NCBI GenBank assembly: GCA_028534125.1
Contig: CM052839.1
Coordinates: 6,510,001-6,574,000, forward strand
Reading direction: 5' to 3'
Length of the DNA stretch: 64,000 nucleotides
Origin: Lama glama
Lineage: Eukaryota
The position numbers were made by a program, and so were the translations under genes. How positions within the stretch are numbered: position 1 is the stretch's first letter; each line of letters starts with the position of its first letter. The notes below the pieces were generated by a model. It saw nothing but the letters and a program-made list of their open reading frames with translations, was not told the DNA's origin and did not search any database. Positions 36,001 through 48,000 of the stretch are shown one piece after another.

Positions 36001-39000
36001 CTGGGGCTTTGAGATGATCCCTTTCGGTAGTCATTTACCACATAGCTATTTTCTGTTTCAAAATGACTCTGCTACAGAGCAGATGTACTTTTCTTACTCA
36101 TTCTGTCTTATCCTGAAAAGGGAGTAATGCCATTCCTCTTATTGTGATCCTTCCCAAAACCTGACTTCGTTCAACATTTGTATTGTCTCTTTCCTGTTTG
36201 TTGTAGATAATGGACTAATACTTTGTGTCTCCAGTGCTAGGCGTAGTGGTACCTGATAAATTACTAAAGTCATAAGGGGACCTTTCCAGAAAGGTCTTTA
36301 TCTCCCTTTCATCAATATCCAGGGCTTCTGAGTCCCCTTCCTTACATCTCTCTTGTCCTTTCCAGTATTTGATGGTGAAGTTCCTCTGCACCCGTCAGGA
36401 GTCGGCGGAGCGCTTGGGAGTACAAGGCTTGAGCATCAGTGGGTACCTCCGGCCCACGAGAGCGGAAGCGGAACAGAGCATCGTCTGTGCTCACTGCAGG
36501 AAGGCCGGGGAGGAGAGCATCTGTGGGGCCACACTGCTCCTGAGGACCCTTCAGTTCATCCAGCAGCTCGCCCATGACCTGGTAGTGTTGCCTCAGTTGT
36601 TAGACCTCGTTCCTTTGGGGAAAGGAACACTAACCAGCAGAACCTGGCCCTGCTGAAGCCATGCAGTGTGAATGAGAACAGCAGGCATCACGCTGCTGTG
36701 GTGATGTTGGAAGGCCAAGGGGAGTGAGATGTTGAGTTTTGACGGCATCAGTCAGTGGAAGACTAAGTGGCAAGTGGCCATCGTTGTGAGATTTTCTGGA
36801 AAAGACCTTCAGGCAGATCTCAAAGATCCCCAGCTGTGGTTTTCAGGGGTAAAATACGGAGACAAAGCAAGTTTGTGGGATTTCTGTCTTCTTTAAGTGC
36901 TAGAATGATTCCTGAAGTTTTGTTCACTAAAAATACCAAAATAATAACAGGGTGTTTTTACTGAAATGTAGTTGACTTACAATATTATATTTTAGGTATG
37001 CAACATAGTAATTTGATACTTTTATAGATTACACTTCATACAAAGTTATATAAAATAAGGCTATATTCCTTGTGCTGTACATTATATCCTTGTAACTTAA
37101 AATTTATTTTATATGTAATAGTTTGTACCTCTTAATCTTCTTCACCTATTTTGCCCTTCCCCCCACTCCTCTTCCCTTTGATGACCATAGTTCTCTGAAT
37201 CTGTGAGCCTATGTGTTTTATTTGTTTCATTTTTTAGATTCCACATGTAAGTGAAAACTTTAAGTATTTGTCTTTCTTTGTCTGACTTATTTCACTAAGC
37301 CTAATAGCCTCCAGGTCCATCCATGTTACAAANNNNNNNNNNNNNNNNNNNNNNNNNNNNNNNNNNNNNNNNNNNNNNNNNNNNNNNNNNNNNNNNNNNN
37401 NNNNNNNNNNNNNNNNNNNNNNNNNNNNNNNNNNNNNNNNNNNNNNNNNNNNNNNNNNNNNNNNNNNNNNNNNNNNNNNNNNNNNNTGACTTCTACAGTC
37501 ACTAATAAAAACACAGTGACAGCCCACTCAAAGGAAGATTCTTGCAGCCATCACCATGGAGACCATGGCCTATTACTTCAGGAAGCTAGTCGAGCCCTCT
37601 CCTGTATGATATGCAACAGTGTCTACTCTTGACCTTCATTCTCCTTGAGGGCACATTCAGAGGCTGGTGGCTCAATTTGTATATGGATTGTTTGGTCTTT
37701 GTTATTCGGGCTCTCCTATCACAGCAGAAAATAGCAAATGAGAGGGAGGTGCTTAGGAGTAGCAGAAGTGTTCGCAGCAGAATTGATCTTTCACCATGCA
37801 AGCAGGGAAGGGTCAGAACACACTGCAGTGTAGTCCTGGACAGTAATCATCATCAAGCAAAGATTCACTGATTTTCCAGGTATAGTATTTATGAAGTCCA
37901 GGAGCCTTCATAGGGGTGTGTGTGTATGTTATGTGTATATATACATTAACATGCACATGTGCACTCACACATATTTTAGAAAGTTTCCAATGAAAAATTG
38001 TTGTTCACAGACTTTTTAGTATTTAAGAGTCAGCATCAGGTATGTTGAAATTTTACATGCGGAGCCACCTTATCCTTTAATAATGTTAAGTTAATGAGCC
38101 ATTAAGGTATTTCTCTAAATGCATTTTTCAATTTTTTTTCTGGTCTTTATAATTTTTTAGGTACAGCAGAAGGAAAGTGGCTTAAAATATAAATCTTTTC
38201 TGGACTTTACGGGGCTTGATTTGCAGATCTTCTGGAATTTTTACAGTAAATTAAAACAAAAGTAAGTCAAATTTATTACATGACAATTATATAAACACAA
38301 CTGAAAACACTGAATTTTGTTGTTCTAAATGGATAATTTTTTTTCTTCCAAGATTTTTTTACTTTCTTCCAGTTTATATTCTGATTTGGAAGATTTAGTT
38401 ATTATTGAAAATAACATCTCACATTTCTAAAAAATGCTTTATTTGGGCAGTGTTTTGCAAATATTTTGTCATATATCATCACAACCTCGTAATGACAAGT
38501 AAGTCAAGTATTGTAATATCCTCATTTTACTAATGAAGAAACGGGATCAGAAATGCATCTCTCTGCCCCAGAGTGGGCAGAGGCAGACTCTCCCATTCCA
38601 CCTTTCCTCCTCTCAGCTGGCAGTCTTTTTACTGAGCCTGACACCTAGTGGAGTCCTGTGTAGACAGCTGTTTGGCTTACCTTTTTGCTCTCTGTTCTTT
38701 GTCTTCTCTGTAGCCCAAGGGAAGAATGCATCTGTGCCCAAACCCTGCTTCTGCAGCTTCTCCAGAGCTGCTTCTCAGTGCTGCAAGGAGACACGCCGGG
38801 CGCCTCTGAGGACGCAAAGGCTCCACGCCAGAGCCCTAGACAGGTGGAGGCCGCCAAGGAGCTCTACACACACTTATGCGATGGTAAGGATTGGGGTTCT
38901 TCTGTACTGTGACCCTGTGCCAGTGACCTGCAGGGCCTCCTGCTGTAGACAACAGGGGTACTGTGACCATGCAAGCCAGGAAAGGGACTGCTCCTTTGGA

Positions 39001-42000
39001 AAATGAGCTTCCTTGATCCTCCTTTGAATCATTACTGGGAGCTCAGGATTTAGTCCCTCCTCCACGACTTCCTCTTGGTTTCTGATACAGAGTTGGGTTA
39101 TATTGAGAGTAATTACTATCGCACTATTCAGTCTTTACTTCAGCGAGGACACGGGGATGAGGCTGATAGGTTGAGGAGGGAAAGATGGTAATGATTAATT
39201 GAGAATAAAACACATGTGACCATCTGAAGTTATCTTTAAGGCTTGGCCAAATTGTGTCTCAAAAGGACGGAGAAATAATGAAATAAAAACTGGTCTGTAG
39301 AATCTTTATTTTCATTAAATGTAAACAAATAAATGAAAAAATAATTTCCTCACACTGCCTGACCTGTACAGAAGTATTTCTTTGCTTTTGGTAGTGAGTT
39401 TATGGGCTAGTTAAAGCAGAATATATATCGTAAGTGAATAGATGGAATATATTAAACCCAGTTGTTCATTTTTATCAGTGGTGGATAGGGTGGATGGAGA
39501 CTCTGTGCCCATGGAAATACTAAAACAAGAAGTCAGGAATACCCTTCTTAATGGGGCTGCCATCTTCTTTCCTGATCGACAGACCCGGCGGAACCATCTC
39601 TTCACCATGATGGTAATTACTTACGTTAAAAGTGTGGATTCCATTCCTGAAGTGTCGGGTGAAACTTACTAGTCTTTGTTTTCTCTAGATATTCTCACAG
39701 TTTCAAATTCTCAAACGTGTATTTAATACATATTGTATGCAAACTTGTATGTGGGATGCAAATATCTAAGGACATGGCACTGTACAACCTCCATTCCAGA
39801 ACCTATTCAATCACAAAGGGCAAGTTTAGTCTCCTTCATCTTTATGACATGCTTATAATCAAGTGTTCTTTTTACCTTTTTGTTATGGGAAAATCTATTA
39901 AAGACAAAACTAGACTAAATAATACATGTAATGAATCCCTCCAACCCCCAATGTACTCATCACCTAGATTCAGTAATAAACTAATCTTATTTCATCTATA
40001 ATATACCTCACCCACTCCCCCACCCCTAATTATTATTTTGAATTAAATCCCTGACATATTTTATTCATAAATATTTTAGCTTATGTCTGTAAAGAAAATA
40101 CAACCAAGTTTTAATTCTCAGCTTGGATCTACTCATGCTCCCAGACCCTTTCTTCTTGTTACTCAGGCATCAGCACTGGGGGTGAAAAATGCTTTCAGTA
40201 TTTACAAGCATTATATTACCAAATGGACTATCCTTATACCAAAATCCAGGTTTTTAATTCTGAAGGAAGTATTTCTATATGAAAATGAGCATGATACATG
40301 AAAAAAATACATTAATGATAATGTAAAATAAAACAAAAAACTTTCTTACGAAGCCACACCAAAAGCCTAGATCTAGGCGAAGGAGCTTTAGAGTTTCTTA
40401 GTGTTCTAATGATGTTAAGACACAGGGAAACATAAGTAAACTAAGATGTACAAAAAAGCAAAATTACAGGCTAATCTTACTTATAAACATAGGAAAATAC
40501 TGACAAAATATTAGTAAACCACTCCAACAAAATGTAAACAAAATTATGACTGAGTTGGATTTACCCTAGGAATTCAAGGATGATTTAATGTTAGAAAATT
40601 AGTCAATGAAATCATAGAGGAAAACGCATTTATAAATGCAGAAAAAAATTTAAGATTAAATTTTGATGATGATTAAAATGATAAAACCATTAGCAAACTT
40701 GATGTAAAAGAGAACTCCCTTAATCTGATGGAGGGCGTGTATCTGAAACCTACACTAAACAATATACTGGATGGTGGATCACTGAAGCATCCCTTTCAAA
40801 AGCAAGGAATAAGACCAGGATGCTTAATATCACTACTCTTTGATATTGTATTTAGGGGGCCTAGCCAGTGGTATAGAACAAGGAAAAGAAATTATAAAAA
40901 TAACAATTGGAAAAAATAAAACAAATAATCATTATTTGTCTGTGTAGTCAAGCAACTAACAGAATTATTGAGAAGAATTTGATGAAGAAAACCAGATGCA
41001 GAATTTACAAAGGCACTTCTGTTTGCAACAGCTAATTAACTAGTGCAATAAAAGTGCCCTGCTGGATGCATTAAGCCTTATAGAAACAAAAGTGGCAATA
41101 AAAGAGGCATAAAATGTGGTCCCTGATGCCAAATGACTGCAGTCCACTTGGGGACACTGCCACAAGGAGAAACTGACTCTGTATGCTATAGGCATGTAGA
41201 GGAGAATCATGTTCAGTTTAAGTGATTGAGGAAGATTTCAGAGAGGAGAGAGGATCTTTGGTTGTTTTCAGCTGTCTACAAAATTTGCATATCAGCTTGA
41301 GGGATCAGGTTTTTTCCTTCCCATTTTATTGAGGTATAATTGACATACAGCACTGTGTAAGTTTAAGGTGTACAGCATCATGATTTGACTTCTATACATC
41401 ATGAAATGATTATCACAAGAAGTTTAATAAACATCCATCATCTCATACAGATTCAAAATTAAAGAAATATAGGAAACAGGTTTTTCCTTGTGATGAGAAC
41501 TCTTAGGATTTACTCTCCTGACAACTTTCATATATAACATCCAGCAGTATTAATTTTATTTATCATGTTGTACATTATATCCCTAGTACTTAACTTATAA
41601 CTGGAAGCTTGTACATTTTGACTGCCTTCATTCAGTTCTTCCCCCCACCATGCCCCCAAACCCTACCTCTGGAAACCATAAATCTGATCTCTTTTTCTAT
41701 GTCTCTTTGTTTTTGAAGTGTAATTGATCTACAGCACTATGTTAGTTTCTGTTAAACAGCATAGTGATTCGATATTTCTATACATTTTTAAATGATCACC
41801 ACTAGAAGTCTATTTATTGTTATGTCACCATGTGAAGATATTACATGGTTATTGACTATATTCCCCACACTGTACATTTCTTACCTGTAACTCATTTATT
41901 TTGCAACTGAAAGTTTGTACCTCTTAATCTCCCTCAACTATTTCATTCCTCCTTCTACCTTCCCTCCCCTCTGGCAGCCATCTATTCTCTGTGTCTATAA

Positions 42001-45000
42001 CTTTGTTTCTGTGTTGTTATTTATTTTGTTTTTTAGATTGCACTTATAAGAGGAATCATACAGTATTTGTCTTTTTCTGGCTTATTTTACTTAGCATAAT
42101 ACCCTCTAGGTCCATCCATGTGATCGCAAATAGCAAGGTTTTATGGCTAATACACATTCATTTTGTGTGTGTGTGTGTCTTCTTTATCCATCCATCTGTT
42201 GATGGGCACTTAGGTTGCTTCCATATCTTGGCTGTTGCAAGTAATGCTGCAGTGAGTACAGGGGTGCATATACCTTTTCTAGTTAGTGTTTTTGTTTCGG
42301 ATAAATACCCAGGAAGGGAATTGCTGGATCGTACTGTTTGCCACAGTGGCTGCACCAATTTGCATTCTCACTGACAGTGCATGAGGGTTCACTTTGGATC
42401 AGGTTTCACTTTGTATCACCTTTGATAGCATCAGCCAACATGATGCACAAGTTTATACTATATAGCACAGATACTCAATATCTTGTAGTAACCTAAAATG
42501 AAAAAGAATTTTGAAAAGGATTATATATGTTTATGTATGACTGAAACATCATGCTGTACACCAGAAATTGACACATTATAAACCAACTATACTTTAATGA
42601 AAAAAAAAAAGTTTAAAATAAATAAATGAAAATGAACAATAAATTTAAAAAAGTAAACCTGCCATCTTTTGTTCAGACAGTGGTTCTGGTCCCTCTTAGC
42701 GCTAGGCCAGGTGTAAGTCAGCCTATGAAGTGATCTGCCTACCCCAGCTTTCCTCATGCTTGGCAACAGTGGGCCGTGGCATTTCATGCTTCTCTGGGTC
42801 CCTGGAATATCATGGAATAGACTTCCTGAATGTGCATCTTGTTTTCTAGAAAAATGTCACCGAGCAGGAACACAAACAGTCCCTGCAGCTCACTTTCCGC
42901 TCACTGTGCACTTATTTTAGGTAAGTTTATTTTTTTCAATTGTCCAATATTTCAGATCTTTGCAGTTATTTTCCTGAGCTATCCCTTCCTTTCATGTGCT
43001 TTTGGATTAACCAAGTACTTCCCTCACTCAGCCAAGTTCCTAGAGTGAGGTACCAGTAGTCTCAGAAGTAGCTAAAATAGAGGTTGAATAATAGGCTTAT
43101 CAAGAGCCTACTCCAGGGCTGGGTATAGCTTAGTAGTAAGATGCACAAGGTCCCAAGGTCCTGGGTTCAGTTCCCAGTATCTCTGTTTAAACAAACAAAC
43201 AAACAAAACCTAAAATTACCTCCCCCCATTAAAAAAATTAAAATTAAAAAAAAAAAAGCTTACTCCAAGTTCTAGTCACTGTAAGACAGTTTAGAATTGA
43301 ACCCATTGGGAACCTCTCTGAACACTTCAGTTTTTTGTGTGATTTTTGAAGACAAAAACTGAAGCCAAAGGATTTTGGGGTCCGGTCCTCAAGTCTGAAA
43401 ACCCGGTTCATTAAAGCCCAGTTGCAGAGGCACAGGGTGGTAATTTCGCAAAAAGTATGCTGGGAGGCGTGACGTGGAGACTGTTCCCTGCTTTGACCTG
43501 CCAGAGAAGCTCATGGGCCTGTAGGATGCATTCCTGGAGGTGTAGACTCTTGAAGAAGGGAGGGAGCTAAAAGCTTGAGTTTGCAGGTCAGACTATACCT
43601 GGTGTGGAACTGACACTGAAATCTTGTTGGGTTCTCTCTTGGCACCTTTTGAGAGAGAAAGCATGAGAGAAAACACCTGAAACAGGTGTTGTGCCTAATT
43701 TGTCTCCTTTCAGTGATAAGGATCCAGGCGGCCTTCTGCTGTTACCTGAGAAAGGTGACCTGGCCGACATGGACATCAGCGAGGTGCTGATGGTCATGGG
43801 CACCCTGCTGTCTGTTGCTGCCCGGGAGGTAAGTGATGGCTGCTCCCTGTTCCCTTTGCCTCATGCCTTTAGGAACACGCGACAGGGCAGTCAGGGTGCC
43901 TTCTGCTTTAGCTGTTAATTCTGCCTCCTGCATGAGTCATTATGTGCTGCAGCCAGGACTGAAACCCTGGCTATTCGACCCTCAGCCTTGTTCCCTTTTC
44001 ACTAGGTCAGACTTACTGTAAGGTGTATGTAGAGAAATGAGATAGCATTTGTTCAAGAGAAGTCCTCAGAATCTTTACCGTTTGGAGATCACATGTGTGT
44101 CCTTTCTTCTTGGTCACCTGCCTGTGATACAAAGAAAATTAGGGACCTCACTGAACCTCCCAGGCCAGGGATCACTGCAGCCATTGAGATGTTTCCTTGA
44201 ATTACCTTTCAGTGAAAGATGTTTATGGTTATACTAAAGAGAAAGAGTTACATTTAAAAAAATTTTTAAGGTGGTCAAAAATGTACCTAGTCTGAAATTT
44301 TTCTCATAAGTCTATTAAATCAATAGGTATTCACTAAATGCTGCTGTGTGCCGGGCCCTGTGCAAGGCACGGGGGCATGGTGCTAAAAGAGCACAGTCTG
44401 GAGGAGCAAACAAACATGCAGTCACTTATGACAGTACAGTAAGGGCTATGAAAGGGCTTGTGGGGACAGAAGAGCACACTTGACCCACCTGGTGATGGGA
44501 AGGAGTGGAGCTTCAAAAAGGCTTCTTGAAGGAGGTGGTGTTGGAGCTCCTTGTGAGACCACGAATAGAGTCTGACCAAGCAGTGAGGAGGGAGTGTCCC
44601 AGATAGAACAGCGCATCCAAATAGCTGGTGACAAGATGGGGAGGAGCGGGCATTTGACGAGGAGAGTGATAACGAATAGGCTTTGAACATGTTGGGTTCA
44701 TGGTTCTGGTAGGACTTCAGATGAAGACACCTGGTTGGACACTCAGGAGCTGAGTCAGGGCTGGAAATGGGGCTTTGCCATCATTAACCAACAGGTGATA
44801 GTTGAAGCCATGAATGTCAGTGTCCTTTCATTGCCTGTGGGTGTCGTGAGGAACTTCCACGGAGAAAGGGCAGCCAAGAGAGTAAAGAGTGACAGGAAGA
44901 AATTCAGGGGAGACAGCAACTGAGGGAGGAGAGTTTCAAGGAGAGTGGTCAGCTGAGCCACCAAAGTTAAGGTTAAATGGAGAGGCTTTGCTGTCTAGGT

Positions 45001-48000
45001 GGTAACTGATATCTTTCCTCAGCGGTGTCAGTGAGTGGTGGGAACAGAGGCAGTAGAATGGCAGGGAGGGGAAAGGAAAGATCACAGCAGGTATAGGCAG
45101 CGTTTTCAAGAGGAATACACATACAAAGAATATGTATTGATGTACAATTTAAAGAAACAACTACCCATTTTAAGGACTAGAACATTACCATTATTTTTGA
45201 AGCCTGCCCACCACCCACATGCCCTTCGTGGCTCACCCTCCTCTTTCCTCACCAGAGGTAACCATTTACATTCATCATTTCCTTGTTTTTCTTTTTAGTT
45301 ACCCCTACATAGCAGGTTTGTTTTGCCTGGTTTGGGCCTTTAATGGAATCATGCAGTGTATAATCTTCTGGGACCAGTTTTTTTCACTCAGCAGTATTTC
45401 TGAGATTCATCAGTGCTAATGTATGTGCTGTAGTTTGTGTTTTTTTTCCACCAGTACACAATATGCCTCTTATGAATCAGCCACAATTTACTTATGTTTT
45501 ACTTGGAGAGTTAGTTAGGTTGTTTCCAGTTTGGTGCAATTACATGGCAGTTGTAATATGAACATACCTTGTGGTTCGTATGTGCAGGAATTTATCCCTA
45601 GAGTTCAGGTGACTCTTCAGATAAGATGGAGAAGATGATGGTTAGAGAGCCAAGAGGGGTGAAGAATTGTTTTTTAAGGTGGGAGAGGTTTGATTGACGG
45701 CTCAGGGGAAGGAGCCAGAGAGAAAAGGGATTTGAAGATGTGAGAGAGAAAAGATAACTGGTGGGATGAGGCTCCTAAGGGGTGGAAAGAGACGGTACAC
45801 GGGGTAGAAACCATCTGTAAATGTTCTCAGAAGCTGTAGGGCAAGAGAGGAGTTTCCATAATACCACCTTTCTTGGTCACTTTTGTGTTGAAAGCTCTTT
45901 CACATCTCCTCCCCGTTTCCCTCGAATCTTTTTGCCTGTGACAGCTGCTCTCTCAGAGGATGCCCTCGGCCGTGTTCTGTGGCTGGATGGCCTTGTAAAC
46001 ACTTTCCATTTGTCTGCTCCCCCGTAGTGTGAGCTGTTAATGCTGGAAGGCGCCCAAGGGGAGGTGGGCTCTGTGCTCTTCTCCCTGTTCTGGTCTGTCC
46101 AAGGCAGCCTGCTGTCCTGGTGCTACCTGCAGCTGAAGAGCATGGACTCTGGAGCCAAAGACCTTGCCATTGACCTTCTTGGAAAATGTGAGTTTCAGTA
46201 CAAAACCCATGAAAGCAGCTGGGATTTTGGGCTTTGGCTCTGTGTGTGAGCTCTCTTCTTAGTGCTTCATACATAGAGCCGAGTCTAGTTGTGGTTTTCG
46301 TTTCATTATTACAAATCAGATCTGTCTTTGGGTTGTTTTTTCGTCTTAAAATAGAATTCTCTAGCATGTCATTCTGCTCAGTTTCCTCATGAATATGGTA
46401 GTGTGTACCTAAGTATTTTTACTGTAATGTTGGGTCATTTCACAGCCTGAACATTGCCTCTGCGGTCATACAGCACTGAAGATGATATCGTACTGTTCAG
46501 TAGAGTCTGTCTTCCCTGTTTTAATCAAGTTCTCCAAAAAAAGAAAGTCTTGAACTTTTAAAATCTAAAGTACATGAGCACTGCTGTGATCTTTGCTGAT
46601 AATGAAGATACTCAGAGTAATGTCCCATAAACCCAAAGAAAATTATATGAAACCCAGCAGGTTCTGTAATTTTTATGTGGAAAATTCAGTTCTATCAAAC
46701 ATGATCTCAGCAGCTGTGACAAAAATTCTTACTCTTCTTTCAGAGTCCTGTCTCTTAAAGTTTGGCCTGTTGGATGGTGCAGCCTAATCATGGGCCTTTT
46801 GTGAACAGAGGGAAAGGCAGACTGGCAGCTGGGTTGGTCGGCTTATAAAAGTGATAACCTCCACCCGACTGGAGAGTAGCAAAGACAAAAAAAAAAAAAA
46901 ATTACTCACTTTAAAAGTAATCTCTTACTGAGATCTGCTGCGCTTTTCCATCCCAGAGGAAAACATTTGTATGACACTTAATGGTCTCATGGTCTTTCTG
47001 ATTTGGAATACCCTCTACAGCTTCTGTGACTCTCTCCAGCCTTGTCCTTAATGATCACCAAGCAAGTGATGTTTCTACCATATGCAGTATTATGTTTCTT
47101 ATGTTTTGGTAGATGTGGGACAGTTTTTGGCAAGCCTGAGAGTGATTTTGGAATCGCTTTTGTCACAGTACAGTGGAAAAACCATAGTAGAAAAACTATG
47201 TAATTCGGTGTTTTCGATGGCAGCTCGTCAACTGGTAAGACAAAGTGACAGCCATTTGTAAGGGGCGGGAGCGGGTTGGTGACCTGCATCCCCAGCAGAG
47301 TCTGAGGTGGACGCTAAGATCTTCATTCATCTTCCTTTAGGTGATCTTTCTGGTGGACTTTTGCACATTAGACATTTCACACTGCACCCTCTTGAGAGAG
47401 TTCAGTACCCTGACAGATCTGTTAAAGGAGCTCTGTGGTGACCCTGACGGAGGAGTGAACAAGGTACCCTGAGCTGGCATTTGAACCGGCTTTGCATCCC
47501 CTCTGAGGAGTGCTGTGACCATACATGATGAAACATTCCACTCAGTGCAGGTCTACACAGATAAGTTACCTCTAGAAGACCCCCCTGTATTTTCTCAGGT
47601 TTTGCATCCGAGTTGATTTGTCACTGTCAGCATTAGAAAGGAGACACAGAGGCAGCTGATAAAATTAGTCTTTCATCATTTTATAGCACATGAAGTTACA
47701 CAAAAACCATGTAAGTGAATAGCCAGATTAAAGTCTGCAAGAGAAAATGTGTGTTGAAAGGCAAGTTAGAAGGTTTGGTATTTAGAGGAGTTTTCTCCCT
47801 TATTTAACCTTATAGGACACAAGGTTTTTTCATGTCTTATTTGAATCTCACAAAAAATTGGTGGGATAGAAAGGGCATGTATTAAAAAACCTGTTTTAAA
47901 TCAACTATACTTTTTTAAAAAGCCTATTTTAAAGGCAAAAAAGGGAGGGAGAAGGGAGGATGGGCTCAGATTTGCCAAGGTCCCACATAGGGTTTAAGGT

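Noticed and set aside
47525-47620. Box C-like ATGATGA in intron 21 as a possible C/D snoRNA
   Set aside because: No CTGA box D or terminal stem at a suitable distance.
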